Shown: positions 56,841 through 64,000 of the stretch, one piece after another
How positions within the stretch are numbered: position 1 is the first letter of the stretch
Layout: every line of letters begins with the position of its first letter
NCBI GenBank assembly: GCA_004555245.1
Contig: SFIS01000003.1
Coordinates: 11,306-75,305 of the forward strand
Source: Bacteroidales bacterium
Lineage (GTDB): Bacteria; Bacteroidota; Bacteroidia; Bacteroidales; Bacteroidaceae
Reading direction: 5' to 3'
DNA length: 64,000 nucleotides
Notes under the pieces: model-generated
Database searches by the model: none
The model's input: only the letters and a program-made list of their open reading frames with translations
Told to the model about the DNA's origin: nothing
Program-made: the position numbers and the translations under genes

Positions 56841-57920
56841 TCAGAGCATGCCCTTTGTCGAAGGCAGTTCAAACTTGTATATGTCTCGTTTTACAGCCAT
56901 TTTCAGTGCTCTTGCCAGAGCCTTGAAAATGCCTTCAATCTTGTGGTGTTCGTTGTCTCCTTCCGCTTTGATGTTCAGGTTCATTCTTGCGGCGTCAGAA
57001 AGCGACTTGAAGAAATGCAGGAACATCTCTGTAGGCATGTCTCCCACCATCTCTCTGCGGAACTCTGCATCCCAAACGAGCCATGGCCTGCCTCCGAAGT
57101 CCAGCGCCACGGAGCACAGACAGTCGTCCATAGGCAGGCAGTATCCGTATCTCTCGATGCCTCGTTTGTCTCCGAGAGCCTTTGCTATACATTCTCCGAT
57201 GGCTATCGCCGTGTCTTCGATGGTGTGATGTTCGTCAACGTGAAGGTCGCCGCGGGTTTGTATTTCGAGGTCAATCATGCCGTGTTTCGCTATCTGTTCG
57301 AGCATGTGGTCGAAGAATCCCAGTCCGGTGCTGACCTTGCACACTCCCTTGCCGTCGAGGTTCATCCTGACGTAGATATCAGTCTCTTTCGTAGTGCGCT
57401 TTACCTCGGCGATGCGTTCTCCTGCAAAGAGAATCTCGCTTATCCTGTCCCATGACATGCCGTTGTTGCTCTCGTCGCCCACGATGAGAGCCTTGCATCC
57501 GAGGTTCTCCGCAAGTTGGCGGTCAGTCTCCCTGTCTCCTATGACATAGCTGTTTGCCAGGTCATATTCCGGGTTGTCTATGTATTGCGTCAGCATGGCG
57601 GTCCCCGGCTTTCTGTAAGGACTGTTGTCTTCGGGGAAGTGTCTGTCGATAAGTATGTTGTCGAATGTTATGCCCTCTCCCTCCAGAGTTTGGAGTATGA
57701 AGTTGTGCACCGGCCAGAATGTTTCTTCCGGAAACGAGGCAGTGCCCAGTCCGTCCTGATTGCTCACCATGACAAACTCGAAGTCGAGATGCTGTCTTAT
57801 GAACGAGAGGTTTTTCATCATGCGCTTGACGAACCTGAGTTTCCCGAAGGCGTCAATCTGCTCGTCTTCCGGTTCGTATATCAGTGTTCCGTCTCTGTCG
57901 ATAAACAATACTCTTTTCAT
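56841..57920 (-). CDS. hisB: Bifunctional histidinol-phosphatase / imidazoleglycerol-phosphate dehydratase
   Basis: [46 protein letters not shown]. Confidence 0.96.
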   Translation of the reverse strand: MKRVLFIDRDGTLIYEPEDEQIDAFGKLRFVKRMMKNLSFIRQHLDFEFVMVSNQDGLGTASFPEETFWPVHNFILQTLEGEGITFDNILIDRHFPEDNSPYRKPGTAMLTQYIDNPEYDLANSYVIGDRETDRQLAENLGCKALIVGDESNNGMSWDRISEILFAGERIAEVKRTTKETDIYVRMNLDGKGVCKVSTGLGFFDHMLEQIAKHGMIDLEIQTRGDLHVDEHHTIEDTAIAIGECIAKALGDKRGIERYGYCLPMDDCLCSVALDFGGRPWLVWDAEFRREMVGDMPTEMFLHFFKSLSDAARMNLNIKAEGDNEHHKIEGIFKALARALKMAVKRDIYKFELPSTKGML

Positions 57921-57957
57921 TTTCAGTCTTTTTTCCTTTGTTTCGATATGTTACAAT

Positions 57958-58026
57958 ATTCCCCTAAAAGACAGTCTTGCCTGGCGGCGTCATGGCATAG
58001 CTGCCTTTTCTGTCTTTTAGGGGAAT
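57958..58026. repeat. 17-bp perfect inverted repeat with a 35-bp spacer between dapA and hisB
   Basis: ATTCCCCTAAAAGACAG ... CTGTCTTTTAGGGGAAT. Confidence 0.75.
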
Positions 58027-58042
58027 TGTCGTCTATGTGTCT

Positions 58043-58895
58043 TTATAGTTTCAGGTCTTTCAGAATCTGTGACATCTTCTGCACCGTAGCCACCCTTGTC
58101 GGCACGAGCGGCAGTCTGAGGATGTTGTTTATGAATCCCATCTCATGCAGCAGTGCCTTCACTCCGGCCGGGTTTCCATCTACAAAGAGCAGGCTGTAGA
58201 GGTCTGTGAACTTATGGTGAATCTTCACGGCGGCTTCAAACTCTCCCCTCTGTTCGAGGCGTATCATTCTTGAGAACTCTTTCGGCAGTGCGTTGCCGAT
58301 GACAGATATTACGCCTTCCGCGCCGCACGCAATCATCGGATATGTTAGCGAATCGTCTCAGTATTTCGTCCACCTGTTCAAGGTTTCCGCTTGCTTCCTT
58401 CACCGCCACTATGTTCTGGCAATCTTTAGCGAGGCGCACCGTAGTTTCCGGCTTCATGTTGATGCCGGTACGTCCCGGCACGTTGTATAGAATTACGGGC
58501 AGTTTCGTTGCTCCGGCGATGGCTTTGAAGTGTTGGTAGAGTCCTTCCTGCGACGGTTTGTTGTAGTATGGGCAAACGCTGAGAATGCCGTCGATGCCTT
58601 TGAAGTCTCCCGTCTTCAGCTCTTCTACGACGGCAGCGGTGTTGTTTCCGCCGCATCCGACGACGACAGGCAGCCTGCCCTTGACGAGACTTACGATGAA
58701 GTCTTTTATTTTCAGACGTTCTTCTTTCGAGAGACAAGGTGTCTCGCCTGTTGTGGCGAGGATGCAGAGGAAGTCGGCTCCGTTCTCGATTTGATATTCA
58801 ACAAGTCTTTGTAGAGCCTCATAATCCACCTCACCCTGTTCGGTGAAAGGTGTGATGAGTGCGATGCCGAGGCCGCGGAATATGTTTTGCTTCAT
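58043..58895 (-). pseudogene. dapA: 4-hydroxy-tetrahydrodipicolinate synthase, frameshifted by an internal deletion near 58358
   Basis: 5' frame GIALITPF, ATTGE, PYYNKPSQEG, YNVPGRT, KEASGN...VDEIL; 3' frame DDSLTYPMIACGAEGVISVIGN...GNPAGVK...LRLPL; the segment normally between them is missing. Confidence 0.85.
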
Positions 58896-59006
58896 AAGAG
58901 TGTTACGGTAGATGATGGCAGAATGAGATGTTGCCGGCGTTATATATATAATAATGTGTCGTCACATCTCATTTCGCCACCGGTATTGTGTTGTGTCAGA
59001 TTGTCG

Positions 59007-60167
59007 TTATGATAGGAAGCCGAGCAGCGCACCGGCAGCAACGGCAGAGCCAATCACACCGGCTACGTTCGGTCCCATGGCGTGCATGAGCAGGAAGTTC
59101 TTCCTGTCGTATTCCAGACCGATATTGTTTGAGATACGGGCCGACATTGGGACGGCGCTGACGCCAGCGTTTCCGATGAGCGGATTGATTTTCTTATGCT
59201 CCGGCAAGAAGAGGTTGAGGAGTTTGACGAAGCAAACGCCCGAGCACGTAGCCACCACGAAAGCGCAGGCACCGAGGAAGAAGATGAAGATTGTCTTTAT
59301 GGTGAGGAACTCGCTTGCCTGTGTCGAACATCCCACTGTGAGGCCGAGCAGCATGACGACGATGTCGTTGAGAGCCGATCCGGCAGTCTTTGCCAGACGT
59401 GTGGTCTTGCCGGATTCTTTCAGCAGGTTGCCGAAGAAGAGCATACCGAGGAGCGGCATGCCGGATGGCACGATGAATGTAGTGATGAGCAGTCCGATGA
59501 TGGGGAAGAGAATGCGTTCAGTCTGCGACACCTGTCTTGAAGGCTTCATGTGTATGAGACGCTCTTTCTTTGTAGTGAGCAGGCGCATGAGCGGCGGCTG
59601 TATTACCGGCACGAGAGCCATGTACGAGTATGCGCATACCGCTATCGCGCCCATGAGGTTGGGGCACAGCTTAGAGCTGAGGAAGATGGCGGTAGGTCCG
59701 TCAGCGCCGCCGATGATGGCGATGCCTGCCGCCTGGTTGGGTTCGAAGCCCAGCGCAAGGGCAGTCATGTATGCGCCGAAGATGCCGAACTGTGCGGCAG
59801 CGCCGATAAGCACGAGCTTCGGGTTGGCTATCAGCGCCGTAAAGTCTGTCATCGCGCCGATGCCGAGGAAGACGAGCGGCGGATACCATCCCAGCTTCAC
59901 GCCCTGATAGAAGATGTTCAGCACGGAGTTGTCTTCATACAGACCTATTTCCAGTCCGGCATCTCCCTTGAACGGGATGTTGCCGAGAATGATGCCCAGA
60001 CCTATCGGTACGAGCAAGAGCGGCTCAAAGTCTTTCTTTATGGCAAGCCAGATGAAGAATATGCCGACAACAATCATTATCAGGTTTCCGATTTCGGCGT
60101 TGGCAAAGCCGGTGTATGTGAGGAAATCGAAGAAGTTGTCTCGAAGGAAATTTAAGAATGTGTCCAT
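59007..60167 (-). CDS. Na+-translocating decarboxylase beta subunit (OadB/MmdB)
   Basis: FEPLLLVPIG, GIGAMTDF, IIGGADGPTAIF, AYSYMALVP, GVSAVPMSAR, HAMGPNVAGVIGSA. Confidence 0.95.
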   Translation of the reverse strand: MDTFLNFLRDNFFDFLTYTGFANAEIGNLIMIVVGIFFIWLAIKKDFEPLLLVPIGLGIILGNIPFKGDAGLEIGLYEDNSVLNIFYQGVKLGWYPPLVFLGIGAMTDFTALIANPKLVLIGAAAQFGIFGAYMTALALGFEPNQAAGIAIIGGADGPTAIFLSSKLCPNLMGAIAVCAYSYMALVPVIQPPLMRLLTTKKERLIHMKPSRQVSQTERILFPIIGLLITTFIVPSGMPLLGMLFFGNLLKESGKTTRLAKTAGSALNDIVVMLLGLTVGCSTQASEFLTIKTIFIFFLGACAFVVATCSGVCFVKLLNLFLPEHKKINPLIGNAGVSAVPMSARISNNIGLEYDRKNFLLMHAMGPNVAGVIGSAVAAGALLGFLS

Positions 60168-60180
60168 TGTATTGATATTC

Positions 60181-60288
60181 TAAGTAGGTGTGCAAAATTA
60201 TTTTTATAATTATTGTATTGATTAGTGATGCAGATAATGCGCAGTAGGCGGTGCAAGGATTATATATATAATTTTGTACACCTACTTA
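60181..60288. repeat. 30-bp inverted repeats (27/30) flanking a 48-bp spacer, each arm with an outward-facing TAATTTTG box
   Basis: TAAGTAGGTGTGCAAAATTATTTTTATAAT versus the reverse complement of 60259-60288, TAAGTAGGTGTACAAAATTATATATATAAT. Confidence 0.8.
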
Positions 60289-60495
60289 TTGGGCAAGCGA
60301 CACTGTCCGAACGCGTCCCCGTTCTTCCTGCTGTGTGTCGTGTTTTCCCTGCCGTCTTGTTGTTTTCTTTGTGTTCGAGTGCGATGCCGTTGTTGTTGTC
60401 CTGGCCCGTAGGCGTTACATTCCTGCGGTGCCATTCAGCCTTTCGCTCTCACAGGTGTGAATTGTTTTGGATGCGGTTTTGTAGAGGCTAAGTCC

Positions 60496-60951
60496 TCATG
60501 CTATGGTGACGAGTAGCGAGCCTTCCATTACCGAATCGCCTATCTTCACCATCACAGAAGTTATTTCTCCGTCGTTCTCCGCCTCGATGTTGTTCTGCAT
60601 CTTCATTGCTTCGAGCACGAGGATGGTGTCTCCCGCCTTCACCTTGTCTCCTACCTTCACCTTTATGTCGGTTATAGTGCCCGGCAGCGGAGCCTCAATC
60701 TTTGCGCCTGCGCCCGGAGCGGCGGCGGGTGTGGCAGCCGGAGCCGCTGCCGGAGCCTGTGCCGGAGCCGCCGCCGGTTTTGGTGCCGGTGCTGTCACCT
60801 GTTTGATAGGACGCGATGTAGGTTTGAGAGCCTGTTTGAGTTCGACTTCAAATGCCGCTCCGTTGACTGTCACTTTTGCTATGTTGTCTTCAACCTCGAG
60901 GATTTCAACTTCATAGTCTGTTCCTTCTACTGTATATTGATACTTTGCCAT
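60496..60951 (-). CDS. Biotin carboxyl carrier protein of the decarboxylase
   Basis: Ala/Pro linker, APLPG, VLEAMKMQN biotinylation motif. Confidence 0.93.
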   Translation of the reverse strand: MAKYQYTVEGTDYEVEILEVEDNIAKVTVNGAAFEVELKQALKPTSRPIKQVTAPAPKPAAAPAQAPAAAPAATPAAAPGAGAKIEAPLPGTITDIKVKVGDKVKAGDTILVLEAMKMQNNIEAENDGEITSVMVKIGDSVMEGSLLVTIA

Positions 60952-61071
60952 AATTGCTTTGTGTCTTTATGTGGTGAATTCTTTGTTGCTGTTTTTCTTC
61001 CGGCGTTGTCTTGTCCGCCTTCCGTTTTGTGTTTCTTTTCCGGGGTGTTTGTCTTTCCGTATTTGTGACCT

Positions 61072-62019
61072 TTATTTTATCAGGTTGTTCCAGTTGGTCT
61101 GTTTCGGCTTTATGGTTATTATGCCTGATTCCACATCGTGAACATCGTCCTGATACTGTTTCAGGGCCATCGAGATGACTGCGATATACACCTTCTTGTC
61201 GATGCCCTTAGTCTTCAGTCCGTCTTTCAGTATAGTTGCCGACGTATCGATGACGTCATCCACCGCCTTTACGGTCTTTGTCACCGGTTTGAACGGATGT
61301 TTGTATGCGATTTTCTTCGCCGTGTTCATGTGGTCCATGAGCAGTCCGAGCAGCCTGAAGAAGATGTAGAGCAGTGCGAGGCACGCGAACACCGTTCCCA
61401 TGGCGAGTATAGTGATGGCGAAGCCGTTGGGGTCTTCGGCCTTTGTCCTTGCAATCTTGTTGTTTACGATAGGAGTGTTTGCCGTGTTGGGTGTGGCACG
61501 TTCTGCGTTGCGCACTTCCCATACGCTGCTGTTGTCCGCCTGTCGTGCGTAGCACTGGTTTTCTTTCAGTGCGGGCACGGAGATAGAGTCGATGAGGTCG
61601 ATGCCGTTGCCGTCATAGATAGCCACCCATACCGGCTCGCCCGGTTTCACTTGTGCCGTGATGTGCAGCGACCCGTTGTTAGGGTTTCCGTTACAGAAGA
61701 AGATCAGGTGCTGGTTTCCGGCAAGCACGGTTCTCGGCTCGTTGTTCGGAATGACAGACATCATCTTCTGTCTTTCCGGTGCGCTCAGCTTTTTGTTCAG
61801 TACATCCCTGTTTGTCGTGATATACATTCCACGGATGTTGTACGTTGTGAATGATGAGTTGCAGAGCTCAATCCAAGCCGCGTTGTTCCCATATTCATCC
61901 TCGATGCTTGCAGTGTTGTTTGTCATCACCTCGTTGATGTGGATGTTCTTGGCGCCTTGTGCCGAAGCCTCCAGAGCAGTGAGAGCAAACAATGCGAGCA
62001 GGTATGCGATTTTTTTCAT
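61072..62019 (-). CDS. OadG-family subunit with N-terminal lamin-tail-like domain
   Basis: Signal peptide, INEVMTNN...DEYG...AWIEL (LTD-like), TM ITILAMGTVFACLALLY, C-terminal IAVISMAL...DVHDVES. Confidence 0.8.
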   Translation of the reverse strand: MKKIAYLLALFALTALEASAQGAKNIHINEVMTNNTASIEDEYGNNAAWIELCNSSFTTYNIRGMYITTNRDVLNKKLSAPERQKMMSVIPNNEPRTVLAGNQHLIFFCNGNPNNGSLHITAQVKPGEPVWVAIYDGNGIDLIDSISVPALKENQCYARQADNSSVWEVRNAERATPNTANTPIVNNKIARTKAEDPNGFAITILAMGTVFACLALLYIFFRLLGLLMDHMNTAKKIAYKHPFKPVTKTVKAVDDVIDTSATILKDGLKTKGIDKKVYIAVISMALKQYQDDVHDVESGIITIKPKQTNWNNLIK

Positions 62020-62087
62020 GTTATTATAAATGGTGTTTTATATGTTTGTTTCGTCAGTGAGTCATGTTCTTCAGACATCTCCGCGTC

Positions 62088-63779
62088 TTATCCGCAGAAG
62101 AAGAGGATTATTATCTGTGCGGTGAAGATTCGCAGGAACATGGTGAGTGGATAGACCGTGGAGTATCCTACGGCTGGAGCCTCCTTCGAGCATACGGAGT
62201 TTGCGTATGCGAGTGCGGGCGGGTCGGTGTACGAACCGGCTATCATGCCCATGATGGTGAAATAGTTGAACTTGTATCTCAGCCTTGCTATCGTGCCTAT
62301 AATCAATATAGGTATAACGGTGATGATGAATCCGCAGAGTACATAGAGCAGTCCGTCGCCCGCCACCACGGTGTTTACGAAGTTAGCGCCCGCCTTTATC
62401 CCGACGCTTGAGAGGAAGAGCACCAGGCCCACCTCTCTCAGCATGAGGTTTGCCGACGTAGTGGTGTATGTGACGAGGTGGAACTTGTATCCGAACCTTC
62501 CGATGAGTATGGCGATGATCAGCGGTCCGCCGGCGATGCCGAGTTTCAGCGGCACGGGGATGCTTGGCACGGCGAACGGAATGCTTCCGAAGAGTATGCC
62601 GAGCATGATGCCGATGAAGATGGTGGCGATGTTCGGCGTGTCGAGGCGTTTGATGGCATTGCCCATCATGCTTGCTACGCGGTTGACGGATGTGGCGTCG
62701 CCCACCACCATGATCCTGTCGCCCACCTGCAGTGCGAGGTTGCTGCTGGCGAAGATGTCCATGCCCTGGCGTGTGACGCGTGTGACATTGACGCCATAGA
62801 CGCTTGAGAAGTGCATCTTTGCGAGGGTCTTGCCGTTGATGGCAGACTTGGTGACGAGTATGCGCTTGCTCACCATCTGTTTTGTCTTCTCCTGCTCCTT
62901 GAATTCCGGCACGTCAATCTTCGGTCCCACGAAAGCTATTATTGCCTCGGCGTCGGCTTCGGCACATACGCAGAACACTTTGTCGCCATGTTCAAGCACG
63001 GTGCTGCTCTTCGGCACGATGAGTTCGCCGTTGCGCAACAGTCGCGAGAAGACAAAGTCACGTTTCATGAATTCGTGAATCTCGAGTATGGTATGTCCGG
63101 CAAGGTAGCTGTTTTCCACCGCGAGGTGCATGAGACACGGCTTTGCGGCGGTGTTCGCTTTCTCGTGCGATTCAAGGTCCTCTTCCTCCTTGTGCAGCTT
63201 CACCTTGCAGATGAAGCGTATCAGAATCGTCGCTCCGATGATGCCTACGACACCGAGCGGGTAGGCACAGGCATATCCGTTGGCGATGGCGGGCGGGTTT
63301 TCGGCGAAGACAGAGTTGAGGGCTTCGTTGGCAGCGCCGAGACCCGGGGTGTTTGTCACGGCTCCGTAGAGCGTGCCGACGAGCATCGGCAGATTGTTGG
63401 GGTTGGATGTGTCGAAAAAGATGTAGTAGCATGCGAACATCACGAGGATGTTCAGCAGAATGATGCTGCAGGCCAGGGCGTTAAGTTTTACACCGCCTTC
63501 TCTGAAGCTCTCGAAGAAGCCGGGACCCACCTGCAAGCCTATCATGAAGACGAAGAGGATAAGTCCGAAATCCTGTACGAAGGTCAGTATGGCGGGCGGG
63601 GCTGTGAAGTTGAAATGTCCTGCCGCGATGCCGGCGAAGAGAACAAAGGTAACCCCAAGCGCTATTCCTCCGAACTTGATCTTTCCCAAATAAACACCTG
63701 CTGCTATCACTGTCGCATAGAGCAGAGCGATGTGAGCCACAGAATCAGTGTTCGTAAATAAGCTTATTATCCAATCCAT
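62088..63779 (-). CDS. AspT/YidE/YbjL family antiporter with TrkA-C domains
   Basis: [61 protein letters not shown]; promoter box at 63805-63812. Confidence 0.9.
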   Translation of the reverse strand: MDWIISLFTNTDSVAHIALLYATVIAAGVYLGKIKFGGIALGVTFVLFAGIAAGHFNFTAPPAILTFVQDFGLILFVFMIGLQVGPGFFESFREGGVKLNALACSIILLNILVMFACYYIFFDTSNPNNLPMLVGTLYGAVTNTPGLGAANEALNSVFAENPPAIANGYACAYPLGVVGIIGATILIRFICKVKLHKEEEDLESHEKANTAAKPCLMHLAVENSYLAGHTILEIHEFMKRDFVFSRLLRNGELIVPKSSTVLEHGDKVFCVCAEADAEAIIAFVGPKIDVPEFKEQEKTKQMVSKRILVTKSAINGKTLAKMHFSSVYGVNVTRVTRQGMDIFASSNLALQVGDRIMVVGDATSVNRVASMMGNAIKRLDTPNIATIFIGIMLGILFGSIPFAVPSIPVPLKLGIAGGPLIIAILIGRFGYKFHLVTYTTTSANLMLREVGLVLFLSSVGIKAGANFVNTVVAGDGLLYVLCGFIITVIPILIIGTIARLRYKFNYFTIMGMIAGSYTDPPALAYANSVCSKEAPAVGYSTVYPLTMFLRIFTAQIIILFFCG

Positions 63780-64000
63780 ATAATTATGCACGTAAAAATC
63801 GCCACAAAATTACTCAAAATTTTTATGATATAAAAATAATTTAACTTCTTTTTTTGCTTTTCCCGACACTTTTTCCGTTTCTTGTATTTACTTGCCGTTT
63901 CTCGCTGTTGTCATGTGCCTTTTCCGCAGCGTCGGTGTCGTTGTGCCGTCCGCTTTTCAGCCGTTGCCGTTTTCAGTCGTTGCATTGTCCCGTCTGCAAT

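Overview
64-kb chromosomal window from a Bacteroidales bacterium, most likely Prevotella-like (TAnnTTTG promoters, SusC/SusD, rseC-rnfBCDGEA gene order, bamD-rpoZ-DUF4293). Most of it is housekeeping: dnaA, rnf, mltG, two ABC-F genes, engB, proS, feoB, asnA, uvrA, uvrB, htpG, hisB and a Na+-decarboxylase module. The standout is a five-gene sulfur operon at 2249-7274: DsrE-like protein, TusA, a Family 2B encapsulin shell with a cNMP-binding-domain insert, a SufS-type cysteine desulfurase with an N-terminal cargo-loading-like extension, and a MetY-like sulfhydrylase. An 87-nt structured leader precedes it. The leader recurs (78/87 identical, with pairing-preserving changes) upstream of a stand-alone NrdJ C-terminal-domain gene, making it a riboswitch-like candidate I cannot assign to a known family. 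Other oddities: a nonsense-interrupted susD, a deletion-frameshifted dapA, an orphan promoter-terminator sRNA candidate downstream of dnaA, a PIN-domain protein flanked by long low-complexity repeats, a 30-bp inverted-repeat element with outward-facing promoter boxes before oadB, several unrelated ~22-bp tandem arrays and a dispersed GTCAACT repeat family. All calls come from reading the sequence; no database searches were run.
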